A stretch of DNA of 64,000 bases, taken from IMG/VR virus record IMGVR_UViG_3300034200_001961; one strand, 5' to 3'. The notes below the pieces were generated by a model. The model was not told where the DNA came from, made no database searches, and was given only the letters and a program-made list of their open reading frames with translations. Numbering within the stretch: the stretch's first letter is position 1; every line of letters starts with the position of its first letter. The position numbers and the translations under genes were made by a program. This stretch comes from an uncultured virus (IMG/VR IMGVR_UViG_3300034200_001961). Its lineage: Duplodnaviria > Heunggongvirae > Uroviricota > Caudoviricetes. Below are positions 28,540-37,641 of the stretch, piece by piece.

Positions 28540-29124
28540 CTAGCCGAACAGTCCGCCCAGAGCCTTGCCGGCCGCCCCGCCGATCGCTCCTCCAGCGGGT
28601 CCACCAAAGACTGATCCGACCACCGATCCGATCGCTCCAAGGAGGCCGCCGCCGGTGCTCTTCCTCTTTGCCGCTTTCTGCTGCACGCTGTAGTCCTTCA
28701 TCGCCTGCTGCTGCTGTTCTTCCCACAGCCTGGCATCTGCAAGCCCCTGGCTTCTCTGCATCAGTGCTTGCCCTGTGCCATCCAGCGCCATAGCAGCCGC
28801 GCTCCCCTGCGCCTGGGACAGCGCTTCGCTCCCGCTCGCAAAGGCACGGCCGGCATCGCTGCTCGCCCTGAATCCCTCCTGATTTGGCCTCACCGGATCA
28901 CTTTCTGCAGCTGCTCGCACGCTGTCCATGCCCCGCCCCGGGCCCGAGGCCGCCGACTGTCCTGCCGTCGCCAGCGGCAGTGCCTGCACAGGCCCTGGCG
29001 CACTACTTGCCAGCGAGCCGCCCTGGCCATCGCCCCAGTCCCTCTTCGTGAACTGCGCAGCGCCCGGCGGCGCGTAGGCCTGCTCGGGCGTGTAACTGCC
29101 TGAAAATTCGTAGTCGCGTCTCAT
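28540..29124 (-). CDS. Putative ejection protein with C-terminal glycine zipper
   Basis: Ends GGGLLGAIGSVVGSVFGGPAGGAIGGAAGKALGGLFG. Confidence 0.65.
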   Translation of the reverse strand: MRRDYEFSGSYTPEQAYAPPGAAQFTKRDWGDGQGGSLASSAPGPVQALPLATAGQSAASGPGRGMDSVRAAAESDPVRPNQEGFRASSDAGRAFASGSEALSQAQGSAAAMALDGTGQALMQRSQGLADARLWEEQQQQAMKDYSVQQKAAKRKSTGGGLLGAIGSVVGSVFGGPAGGAIGGAAGKALGGLFG

Positions 29125-29456
29125 CGCCTGCCGCCGGAAACAATCTGGCCAAGGACACCACCGATCGCCTCGAGCACCTGCGAATTATCCCTGCCCGTGC
29201 CCTGCGACTGCGCGGAGCCCATGGAGCCCGCCGGGTAGCTCTTCGGCTTTCGCCTGTTGACGCTGCGGAAAGCTCTCATCTGCTCGTCATTGACCTGTTT
29301 CTGTGCGATCGCACTGGCCTGATTGCTCAACCCTCGCCCGATCATCTCCCCCATCCCCCGAACGCCCGCCGTCCTGGCCGAAGCAAAGGCGTCCACGGCG
29401 CTGCCCCCTTCGCCGCCACCAGCGAAACTGCTCCCGCCCATCACGTTCGGTCTCAT
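29121..29456 (-). CDS. Putative internal virion protein
   Basis: 111 aa Gly/Ser-rich, ATGA coupling on both sides. Confidence 0.55.
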   Translation of the reverse strand: MRPNVMGGSSFAGGGEGGSAVDAFASARTAGVRGMGEMIGRGLSNQASAIAQKQVNDEQMRAFRSVNRRKPKSYPAGSMGSAQSQGTGRDNSQVLEAIGGVLGQIVSGGRR

Positions 29457-30865
29457 CGCCGTCCTCCAATTGCCCCATTCTGGCCCACCCGGGGCGGCGC
29501 GGGCAACTCAGCCGGCGCGGTCCCAGGCTCTTCCTCTTCTTCGACCGGCGCCCTGCCCTTCAGCCCCCTCCGAACGCCTTCCAGGGTCGAGCCGATCAGG
29601 GCCGCCGTCGTCAGTGACCCACCTCCGTGGATCAGCACGTCCTTGAGCACCTCGTTCTCTACCGCACGGTTGTACTTGCCGTGATTCGCCACGGCGTCCG
29701 CAACCGCCGCCTCATACGACTCCGCCGGGCCCCGCTCGTCCTGCGGCGCCCCCTTGAGCGCCGCCAGTTTTCCCCGCGCGTCCTGTCTCCGCTGCAGCAG
29801 ATCCACCCCGATCTCCCCGCTCACCGGATCCACTCCGCTCTCCTTCAGCCGCAGTGCCGCTCGCCTCGCCCCCGCCCGGCCCCCCAGGGCCATCGCCGCC
29901 GCTGGGATAATCGCGGTCGCTACCGGCAGCGACTTGCCCAAGAGGTTCACCTCCGCCCCGTGGATCCCATCGGGGGTGAACTTGATCGGAAACTTGTTGC
30001 CATGCAGGAACGCCTTGTACTGCTCGTACTCCCCCTTGCTCACGTCAGGCCGCTCCTGCACGAACTCCCGGTACGGCAGCAGCTCCCCGCTCCGGCCCAG
30101 CACCATCTCACTTAAAAACTCCGCCACCGGGCTACTCGACTCCCGCCGGTCGCCTTCTCCTGGCGAGGCAGCCCCGTAGCCATCCAGTCGCCCAAGGCTG
30201 CCATTGGCGAACTTCATCGCAATCCACGCCGGTGCCGTGGCCGCCATCCGCATCGACCGGCTCTGCAGCAAAGGCGCCCGCACGTCCGAGATCCCCGCCT
30301 GCGCGTTGTGGAGCCCCTGCAGCGTGGCCACGCTCGTCACCGCCTCGCCCGCGTTCATCAGCCACCACAGGTTCATCAGCCCCTGCACTCCAACCGTGTC
30401 GGCCATCGTCACCCCGAACGCCTGCGCGGCCTTTCGCCGTCCGCTGTCACCGATCGGTACGTCCACTGTCGGTGATTCAAATTCCGGCGTCACATCCCGC
30501 TGCACTGTCGTCGCCCGCATCTCCGGGTTCGATTCCCGCGAACGCGCAAACGACTCCATCCGCTCCTTGCTATACCCACCCAGCGGGATCCTCTGCACCC
30601 ATTCCGGCGTGTTCCACGGCAACGACTGCCCCGCCCTGGTGTCCCCGAGCCGCCCCGGCAGGTGCTGCCGCACATAATCCACCAAGGGCGAGTTGGCTGT
30701 CACGTCCTCGAACAGCGACGCCTCGTAGCCACTCCCCACCGCCGCGGTCTGCGCATCCTGGAACGCCCGCGGATTCGAGCGGAACGCCTGCGCAGCAATC
30801 CACTTCAGCTCATCCCAATCGAAGGGAAGATTCGCGTTTTGGATCACCTGCGAGCCGTTCGCCAT
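29453..30865 (-). CDS. Putative internal virion protein
   Basis: 470-aa ORF in the late operon. Confidence 0.65.
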   Translation of the reverse strand: MANGSQVIQNANLPFDWDELKWIAAQAFRSNPRAFQDAQTAAVGSGYEASLFEDVTANSPLVDYVRQHLPGRLGDTRAGQSLPWNTPEWVQRIPLGGYSKERMESFARSRESNPEMRATTVQRDVTPEFESPTVDVPIGDSGRRKAAQAFGVTMADTVGVQGLMNLWWLMNAGEAVTSVATLQGLHNAQAGISDVRAPLLQSRSMRMAATAPAWIAMKFANGSLGRLDGYGAASPGEGDRRESSSPVAEFLSEMVLGRSGELLPYREFVQERPDVSKGEYEQYKAFLHGNKFPIKFTPDGIHGAEVNLLGKSLPVATAIIPAAAMALGGRAGARRAALRLKESGVDPVSGEIGVDLLQRRQDARGKLAALKGAPQDERGPAESYEAAVADAVANHGKYNRAVENEVLKDVLIHGGGSLTTAALIGSTLEGVRRGLKGRAPVEEEEEPGTAPAELPAPPRVGQNGAIGGRR

Positions 30866-30868
30866 TGC

Positions 30869-31489
30869 TCAGTTCCCCATCGACTGCAGGACAAGGTCCT
30901 GTACTTCCTTTGGCTGCTGCGCCAGAAACCGAGCGAACATTGCGTCGCTGCTGTCGCCCGTCGCCAGGCCAGGGCTGGCTGCTCCGTAATTCGACGGCAG
31001 CTCCAGTGGCGATGGCCCGAACTGCTGCCGCACGAAGCCGCCTTGCGCTGGTGCCGGCGGTGGCGCCGCAGCTGCGGGCGCTTGCTTGGCGTCTGCCCGC
31101 TGTTGCTGCTTCTGCAAGACCCCCTCCATCAGCGGCCGCGGCGACCCGAAGCCAACCCCTATTTCGGTCACCATCGAGCCGCCCAGCCTGGCCATGTCCA
31201 GCGCCTGCGGACTCTGCAGCTTCAGCAGCCTGCCCACTCGGTCGCCAGCCACTCGGCCGCCCAAGGATCCAAGCAGCCCAATCCCCAGATCTTCGGCCCC
31301 GATCGCCAGCGAATCCCCAGCATTGCCGCCCCCGAACGCCGCCCCGGAAAACAGCGCCGCTAGACCGTTGCCCCCGTACTCCAGCCCCATCTGCAGCTTG
31401 TCGATCTCGCCCGCCTCGTTGCGAGGTACCAGCACCCGCTTCAGGTAGTCCAGCGCCCGTCCGCCCAGCCCCGCGAATCTCATGCTCAT
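30869..31489 (-). CDS. Putative internal virion protein
   Basis: 206 aa with Gly-rich hydrophobic segments; coupled to neighbours. Confidence 0.6.
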   Translation of the reverse strand: MSMRFAGLGGRALDYLKRVLVPRNEAGEIDKLQMGLEYGGNGLAALFSGAAFGGGNAGDSLAIGAEDLGIGLLGSLGGRVAGDRVGRLLKLQSPQALDMARLGGSMVTEIGVGFGSPRPLMEGVLQKQQQRADAKQAPAAAAPPPAPAQGGFVRQQFGPSPLELPSNYGAASPGLATGDSSDAMFARFLAQQPKEVQDLVLQSMGN

Positions 31490-31860
31490 GCGATCCCTCC
31501 GGGCCCGCCCCGTGGCCTGCTCGCCGATCCAGGCGAAGGCTGCACCGGCGCCATTGCCGGTGGCAGCGCAAACGGTGATCCGGGGGACTGCATCGCATCC
31601 ATGAATCCCTTCAGCGCCGGCCCGGCCGCCGCCACCAGGTCCGCCCGCTGGAACGCCTCAGCGATCTCATCGCCCGCGAACCGCGTCGTCCCAGCCGGAG
31701 ACGGCGTCCCTCGCACCGACACCCCCGCACGGGTTGGGCTAGACGCCGGAGACTCCTTCAGGCTGTTCGCATTCACAACCGCAGCGCTAAGCGCGCGCCG
31801 CACCGAATCAGGCGGGCCTGTCAACGGAGAGAGGGAAAGGCCGCCAGCCATAGGTCTCAA
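31486..31860 (-). CDS. Hypothetical protein
   Basis: 124 aa, ATGA overlap with the downstream gene. Confidence 0.5.
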   Translation of the reverse strand: MRPMAGGLSLSPLTGPPDSVRRALSAAVVNANSLKESPASSPTRAGVSVRGTPSPAGTTRFAGDEIAEAFQRADLVAAAGPALKGFMDAMQSPGSPFALPPAMAPVQPSPGSASRPRGGPGGIA

Positions 31861-31889
31861 CCTGAGACGCCCATCCTAGGCGGCTTCGC

Positions 31890-34478
31890 TCACATCCTTC
31901 GCGCTCGCGCCAGGGCCTGCTCAGCCAGCAGCTTCGCCGCCACTCGCGCCTCGTAGTCCACCACCGGTAGCCCGTCGGGCTCCGTCTGCCGGCGCGCCCC
32001 CTGGGCCTGCGCCTGCTGCACCAGCGCCCCGTAGTTGGGCACAATCGCAGGCCGCGCCTCGTCCCCGTACCGCCCGGGGCCCGTCACCGCGTTCAGCCCT
32101 AGTTCTGCGCCCACGTCGATCGGCCGCGCCGCGGGCGCCGAGTAGTCCGGCCCAGGGGCCAGAAGCGCCAACTCCTCCTGCGTCAGCCGCGTCGGCGACA
32201 TGACGTTCTCCCCCAGCCAGCCCTCTATCGCTGCCACCGTCTGCCGATCGAACCGGCTTGGGGTCCGCATCACTTCCGCCGCCTGCCGTGGCGCCAGCCC
32301 GCCAGGCGGCGCCGCGCCCTGGTTCAGTGCATATCCGCCCATCACGCTTTCAGCCGTTGGCACTGGCACTGGCGGCGGCACTGGCACCCCCGGATAGACC
32401 TCGCCACCCTTGAAGCCGTCGAACTGCCACGTCCCCGGCGCTGCGTCCAGCCGCCTGCCCTGCACGTCTCGCGCATGTTCCAGCAGCGGTTTCACCACTC
32501 CGTGCCACGTCTCGCCATACGCCTGGCTCGCAGGTGTCGGCCCAATCGCCGGCGCGCGCACCGGGGCGTCCTCCGCTGGGCGGCCGCCCAGTCTCGAGAG
32601 CGTATCCAGCACCGTGAATAGTGGGTTGTCGTACACCGTCCCCCTCTCCGCTCGTCCCACCCGCTCCACCCGGTCAGGGAACTCCCCGCGCACCGCCGCA
32701 CTCCGGCTCGACACCGCGTCAGCCCCCAGCGTCCGCTGCAACGCCGTGTTCTGCACCGCGTTGATCATCGGATCCGTCAGCCCGGTGTCCCCCACCAGTC
32801 GCCAATCCCCCGGGACCCCCGCATACTCCGCCAGCGCCTGCACCAGTGACCGCGCTCCCTCCAGCTTCTCCTGCCGCCACTTCGCGTTCTCCCCCACCCG
32901 ATACCGCCTGGTGAACACCTCATCGCCCTCGCCCTGCTCCGGCACCCACTGATCCACGGCAAACACCTCCGGGCCCGGCACCGGCCGTCCGTCCTGCTCT
33001 TGCACAATCGCCAGCCGCCCGTCGCCCAGGTCAGCCACCATCGGCTTCACGTCGGCCTCGTTCCAATATCGCTGCACTGCCCCGAAGTCCGGCTCCACCG
33101 GCCGCCGCCCCATCACCAGCGTCCGCACTGGTGTTTCGGCCTCCTCCAGCGCTCGCTGGAAGGCCTGTCCCACCGTTGGCCATGTCGCCACCCTCGGCAC
33201 CCCAGGGTCGTTCGGTCGGCTGAATCCGTGCGTCCGACCAAGTTCGTCGACGTTCCACTCTTCCGGATTCGGCGCTCCTACCGCCTCGTAGGACCCCATC
33301 TCGAATTTCCCCGTCGCAGGCTCGGACCGCGAATACCGCTTAGCCAGCTCAACCAGCGGGTGGTCGTCCGTCAGCCCCAGATCCATCGGATCCAGCACCA
33401 CACTCGGATCCACCAGCAGCTGCCGCACGCCCCGCGGGTCCACCGCCAGCACCCGCCGCGCTTTCCCTTTCTCGTTCAGCTCGTAGGCGCTCTGGTCAGC
33501 AATCGCTTCCAGCTGCTTCAGCATTTGCCCCGCACGCGCCCGCTCCGCCGGGCTGGCGCCGTAGGCCGCGGTCCGCTGCGCCTGCTCTCGCGCCTGCTGC
33601 ACCCACTTCTGCTCCCGTGGCTGCTGCACCGTCGGCACCTCTGTCACCGTGCTCCCGTCCCACCGCTTCTGCTCCGATCGGCGCGCCATCAGCAACGGCA
33701 CATCGCCGCCAACCGCCCGCTCACCGAACGACTCCTTGGCCAGCGCATTCCGGCGTCCGCTCGTCCCCACCTTCTTCCCGTGCCCAAACGTCTGCCGTAG
33801 CAGCCGCTGCTCGTCCTGGTCCAGCTGCCGCACCTTGCTCCGCAGCGCCTGGACCGCCGGCTCGTCGGGCCCGTACTCCACCCCCTCGACCCGCAGTCCC
33901 TCTCCTACCGCCGTCCCCGCCGGCACCAGATCCCCCGCACGCTCCAGGGCCCTCCCCAGCCCCAGCTCATAAAACGCCCGGCGCACTTCCCCCTGGTCAT
34001 CACGCCCCCGCCGCCGGAACTCGCTCCTGTTCTCCCTCGGCATTGACAACTGCTCGCCAACAGCGATCGCTACGGCCTCCCGCGCCCCCAAATTCGGACC
34101 CCCAGGCCCCGAATCCATGAATTGCGCTGCCCGCAGCGCTATATCCGCGTCCAAGCTCCCCGCCGGCACCCCCGCCATCCCCTCCAAGTCCTGCACAAAA
34201 CTCCACGTCCCCGGTTCCGGCTCCATTCCGGGCTCCAATTGGCTCAACAGCGTTGATGCCAGCCCCATTCGCGCATCTTCCCCCCGGAATCCGCCCCGAT
34301 CTCGCCCTCCCTCCCTCTCGCCTCCCTCCCGCAGTCGCCTGATCATCGCCTGCCCCCCGTCGTACCCCCTCAACCCCTGCTCCTCGGCAAATCGCCGCGT
34401 TTCCGCAGGCTGAAAACCACCGTTTCGGCGGCTGCCGGGGCGAATTACACGCTCTCCTTGCCCGCCACTCATCGTCAT
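31890..34478 (-). CDS. Large hypothetical (possibly internal virion) protein
   Basis: 862-aa ORF, very G-rich coding strand, first gene of the leftward late operon. Confidence 0.7.
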   Translation of the reverse strand: MTMSGGQGERVIRPGSRRNGGFQPAETRRFAEEQGLRGYDGGQAMIRRLREGGEREGGRDRGGFRGEDARMGLASTLLSQLEPGMEPEPGTWSFVQDLEGMAGVPAGSLDADIALRAAQFMDSGPGGPNLGAREAVAIAVGEQLSMPRENRSEFRRRGRDDQGEVRRAFYELGLGRALERAGDLVPAGTAVGEGLRVEGVEYGPDEPAVQALRSKVRQLDQDEQRLLRQTFGHGKKVGTSGRRNALAKESFGERAVGGDVPLLMARRSEQKRWDGSTVTEVPTVQQPREQKWVQQAREQAQRTAAYGASPAERARAGQMLKQLEAIADQSAYELNEKGKARRVLAVDPRGVRQLLVDPSVVLDPMDLGLTDDHPLVELAKRYSRSEPATGKFEMGSYEAVGAPNPEEWNVDELGRTHGFSRPNDPGVPRVATWPTVGQAFQRALEEAETPVRTLVMGRRPVEPDFGAVQRYWNEADVKPMVADLGDGRLAIVQEQDGRPVPGPEVFAVDQWVPEQGEGDEVFTRRYRVGENAKWRQEKLEGARSLVQALAEYAGVPGDWRLVGDTGLTDPMINAVQNTALQRTLGADAVSSRSAAVRGEFPDRVERVGRAERGTVYDNPLFTVLDTLSRLGGRPAEDAPVRAPAIGPTPASQAYGETWHGVVKPLLEHARDVQGRRLDAAPGTWQFDGFKGGEVYPGVPVPPPVPVPTAESVMGGYALNQGAAPPGGLAPRQAAEVMRTPSRFDRQTVAAIEGWLGENVMSPTRLTQEELALLAPGPDYSAPAARPIDVGAELGLNAVTGPGRYGDEARPAIVPNYGALVQQAQAQGARRQTEPDGLPVVDYEARVAAKLLAEQALARARRM

Positions 34479-34659
34479 CGCCCTGCTGCCCCGCTGAGTC
34501 TGGTGAGTCCGAGTCTAAGACCGCAGTTTCGGGTGGGACGCGCCGCCCAAAACGCATTCCTTGACCCACCCCGACCACCCCTGACCCCTCTTGACACACT
34601 TCAGCTTTCCCGATGGCTCCTCTTAAACACGCATCCACCACCCACCCATTAGCATCAGA

Positions 34660-34765
34660 TACTCTTTACTATTTTTTTTTTTCAAATTAACGTCTAAAGC
34701 ACCCCATAGGGGTGCGATACCCCCACGAAAAAAAACAACTGCTTGCACATGTACCGCATGTGCCG
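34660..34765. other. AT-rich palindromic element at the transcription switch (candidate genome end/pac site or origin)
   Basis: T11 run at about 34672-34682, GCACCCC-ATA-GGGGTGC (34699-34715), A8 run, GCACATG-TACCG-CATGTGC (34745-34763) in a long non-coding gap between divergent operons. Confidence 0.5.
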
Positions 34766-35365
34766 GCCTTGTCGCCGCAGTAGAGGTACCCGCAGCATGC
34801 GTTGACCAGCCACAGCCAACTTTAGCTGGATTTGCCAGCTATTGTAAGCCTTTGTCAGCCCTTGATTCCTTTAGCTTTGGGCTTTATATCTCTTCATTTG
34901 TTGCTTTTCAGGTGTTTCACCGTTGCTTACGGCCGTGCGCTTGAGCAGGGCGTAAGTTTCGCTGTAGTTGGCAAGTGTTGCTGCGTGTGTCTACTTTCGC
35001 CAGCTACCGCCAGCCATACTCTGATTAACCATTGTTTGCTATACCGCCCCTGCCACCCCCCGGCAGCGGTTTAGCACTTCGATTGGAGGGTATCAGCGGT
35101 GCCCAGTGAGTGTATGAGTTATCTACACGCGATGGCAGGTTATTTGTCTACGTTTATACCGCTGTTGTGCTTGTCCAGTGAGTATGAGCGCCTACCCGGC
35201 CTACCATCAACGGATGGTCGCTGCGCTCCCTTGTGTTTGGTTGCGGCTGCGCCGTGTTGATTCAGTTGGCTGTGGCTGACAGATGTGAGCTTGTGATTGC
35301 TGCTGCGGAGGTGGAGGTACGATGGCGCGAACTCTATTCCCCGTGCATTTTCGGGGTTACTGACT

Positions 35366-35578
35366 ATGGCTACCACGATTGGGCAAGAGCGGGTAATCCT
35401 TTGCTCTCCTGTCTCTTGCCGCGTTAGGCATTTTAGGATGTTTGATGGCAGCAAGATGCAGCTCGGCATCTGCGACGTTTTTGTCGCTGTCACCGACGAG
35501 AACCTTGTTACGACCTTTTATGACATCGAGGAAGCGCACGAGATATTCGAGTCGCTCCTTGGCGCCGGCTGGCGCTGA
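35366..35578 (+). CDS. Small early hypothetical protein
   Basis: MATTIGQERV..., 70 aa, flanked by repeat elements. Confidence 0.6.
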   Translation: MATTIGQERVILCSPVSCRVRHFRMFDGSKMQLGICDVFVAVTDENLVTTFYDIEEAHEIFESLLGAGWR

Positions 35579-35655
35579 CCCTCTCCCCCTCCGGCCACTG
35601 GCTGGAGGGGTTTTCTCGTGTCCTCTATTCCCCGTGCATCTCACGGGCTACCGCT

Positions 35656-35862
35656 GTGCTCACCACTCGTCAGTTCACCTGGCTCTACGCAGGCTTGACA
35701 GTTTTGTTCCTTGCGATCATCGCTGTCGGGGCCATCGTGGTGCCGCTTCAACTTGAGAAAGCTGTTACGCAGCAGTGTCTCACCCGGGACTGGCCGGCCG
35801 ACAAGGCTGTCGCTACTGAGGCCTGGTGCAAGGGCAACGGCTATCAGGTCGGCAGGGGCTGA
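35656..35862 (+). CDS. Small membrane protein with a C-terminal Cys pair
   Basis: N-terminal TM helix then QQCLTRDWP...AWCKGNG; flanked by repeat elements. Confidence 0.65.
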   Translation: MLTTRQFTWLYAGLTVLFLAIIAVGAIVVPLQLEKAVTQQCLTRDWPADKAVATEAWCKGNGYQVGRG

Positions 35863-35949
35863 ACCCTGCTTCCCCTCCCCCCTCTGGCCACCGGCTGGAG
35901 GGGGTTCTTTCGTGTCCTCCACTCCCCGTGCATTTTCGGGGTCACCGAC

Positions 35950-36216
35950 ATGCCTGAGAGCGCCCTTTATTTATTGTCCCAGCGGCTGCGGCTGCTGGCT
36001 CGCCGTGACGTCCTGGTCTCCCCCGCCGGGGACCATGTTGCCGGCGCAATCCGGCAGCACTTCGAGCGCGCCTTCCAGCAGACGTCCGCGTTGCTCGACC
36101 TGGTGGTCGACGGCGACCAGCTGCAGGATTCAGACCTGCGCTGGCTGAGGCGGGCGCAAGCCCGAGTCGAGCGCTTGCGACCGCATGTGCGGGAGCTGGA
36201 GCACCAATCGGTTTAA
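35950..36216 (+). CDS. Small early hypothetical protein
   Basis: 88 aa helical, flanked by repeat elements. Confidence 0.6.
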   Translation: MPESALYLLSQRLRLLARRDVLVSPAGDHVAGAIRQHFERAFQQTSALLDLVVDGDQLQDSDLRWLRRAQARVERLRPHVRELEHQSV

Positions 36217-36295
36217 GTCTTTCCCCTGTCTGGCACTGCCGGGCAGGGGTTTTCTCGTGCACTTTTTGCCCCGTGCATTTTCACGGGTTACCGAC

Positions 36296-36616
36296 GTGAC
36301 CATCACAGTTGTCAACCGGCGCAAGCCGGACAGTCTCGGACCCCGCGTTTACGTCGGCCGAGGCAGCCCACTGGGCAACCCGTTCGAGATGCAAGACCGC
36401 AGTGACGCTGAGCGTAACCGCGTCTGCGACGAGTACGACCCGTGGCTGCGTAGGCAGTACGCGCTCCTGGGCAGCCCGCAGCGGCGGGCTCTGGACCAGC
36501 TTGTTCAGCGCCATTGCGCTGGCGAGGACCTGCGACTGGAGTGCTTTTGTGCTCCGAAGCGGTGCCACGCGGATTTCGTGAAGCGCGCGATCGAGCGGCT
36601 GAGCGATCTCTTTTGA
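36296..36616 (+). CDS. DUF4326 domain protein
   Basis: VYVGRGSPLGNPF...LECFCAPKRCHAD signature; GTG start right after a repeat unit. Confidence 0.85.
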   Translation: MTITVVNRRKPDSLGPRVYVGRGSPLGNPFEMQDRSDAERNRVCDEYDPWLRRQYALLGSPQRRALDQLVQRHCAGEDLRLECFCAPKRCHADFVKRAIERLSDLF

Positions 36617-36706
36617 GCCGCCCAGCTCGCCCGCCCCCTCCGGCTGCTTGCTGGAGGGGGTTTTCTCGTGCACTCTTTGCCCCGTGCATTTTCACGGGCT
36701 GCCGCG

Positions 36707-36952
36707 ATGGATCATCCGATCGCTACTTTCGAAGAAGGACTGGCCTTGGCCCGCCGCCAAGCGCGGGTGTTCAAGGCCATGGGCTTCGACGGCCTGGTCT
36801 GCCCCAAGCGGAGCCAGAGCCGGATCGAACTCTTGGCCGCGAAGCCAAATTCGCGCACAACAGTTCACCTCACGTTTACCCCCACCGGAGTGGAGGTGGA
36901 AACCCTGCCGACCGGCAGCCTGGCCAAGGCGCGAGTGTTGGCGGAAGCCTAG
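36707..36952 (+). CDS. Small early hypothetical protein
   Basis: MDHPIATF..., starts immediately after a repeat unit. Confidence 0.6.
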   Translation: MDHPIATFEEGLALARRQARVFKAMGFDGLVCPKRSQSRIELLAAKPNSRTTVHLTFTPTGVEVETLPTGSLAKARVLAEA

Positions 36953-36974
36953 TCCTGCCGCCTGTGGCATGATT

Positions 36975-37008
36975 CCCCCGTCCTGCAGCCTGCGGAGCGG
37001 GGTTTTCT
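36975..37008 (+). terminator. Terminator-like hairpin related to the array hairpin
   Basis: ccccgtcctgcag-cctgcggagcgggg-ttttct. Confidence 0.55.
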
Positions 37009-37031
37009 GCTGTCCTTCGACTCAATCTTTT

Positions 37032-37220
37032 GTGGCACGCTCTTTTGGCGGTCTCTTGCTAGTTGCCGTGGCCCTCGGCTACACCGCTGTGCTCGTGCAT
37101 ATCGGTCTGGGGGCTATCCCCGCTGCCGAGCGGCTCCAGGACGCGGCCGCTTGCCGCGCACAGGAAGGCTTGCCCACCGTGGGGCACGAGCGCCAGCTTC
37201 ACTGCCGGGGGCTGCGGTGA
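37032..37220 (+). CDS. Small membrane protein with a Cys pair, similar in layout to 35656..35862
   Basis: GTG start; TM helix GGLLLVAVALGYTAVLVHIGLGAI then AACRAQ...LHCRG. Confidence 0.5.
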   Translation: MARSFGGLLLVAVALGYTAVLVHIGLGAIPAAERLQDAAACRAQEGLPTVGHERQLHCRGLR

Positions 37221-37402
37221 TTGACTGCAACCACTACACATTTGAGCTATACCACGTCGGCTCTCCTAAGCCCCTTCGCACGAAGGTGATCATCACCCGC
37301 AAGGGTGTTGACCAGGCGACTGCCGAGCTGCCAGCTCTTACTGCTGAATACCGGTGGCAGCTGGTGGCTATTAAGTGGTCGGCTGCTCGTTTCCTCTTTT
37401 GA
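37217..37402 (+). CDS. Small hypothetical protein
   Basis: GTGA-coupled start, 61 aa. Confidence 0.5.
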   Translation: MIDCNHYTFELYHVGSPKPLRTKVIITRKGVDQATAELPALTAEYRWQLVAIKWSAARFLF

Positions 37403-37414
37403 TCTTTCTTTCAC

Positions 37415-37606
37415 ATGTCCTCCATTTCCAACGGCGGCATGGCCGGCCGCATCGGCAACTTTGTCTGGTGCTGCGGGTCGGACAGAGTTGCCGATCGCTA
37501 CGAGAACTCCTTGCTCACCGGCGCCGACCGTTTTGGGGCCTGCTGGCTGCTTTCTCCCGAGCAGGCTGACGCCTTCTGCCGGTGGATGCGGATCATTCTT
37601 GGCTGA
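37415..37606 (+). CDS. Small hypothetical protein
   Basis: 63-aa ORF with a pyrimidine-rich leader. Confidence 0.5.
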   Translation: MSSISNGGMAGRIGNFVWCCGSDRVADRYENSLLTGADRFGACWLLSPEQADAFCRWMRIILG

Positions 37607-37641
37607 CCCGTACATCATTTCCCTCCGCGACCTCCTGACTT

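Larger units (their letters stand above)
35332..36706 (+). repeat. Array of conserved intergenic two-hairpin elements separating small early genes
   Basis: Units at 35332-35365 (partial), 35579-35655, 35863-35949, 36217-36295 and 36617-36706: a CCCCT..GGC-loop-..GGAGGGG-TTTT-CTCGTG-type hairpin then CCCCGTGCAT(T/C)T(T)C(AC/G)GGG about 8-9 nt before each start codon. Confidence 0.9.

Noticed and set aside
30232..31578. Long opposite-strand ORFs (e.g. 30232..31578 +, 51008..52162 -, 2419..3150 +)
   Set aside because: These are shadow frames of real genes in high-GC DNA, with low-complexity translations and no motifs.
34832..35493. Short ORFs in the switch region (34832..35074 +, 35140..35493 -, 35233..35427 +)
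   Set aside because: Atypical codon usage and no operon coupling; treated as non-coding.
35332..36706. Repeat array as a CRISPR array or true integron
   Set aside because: The spacers are whole genes of 200-320 bp and the repeats are long and degenerate. There are no cas or intI genes, and no clear attC RYYYAAC/GTTRRRY ends.
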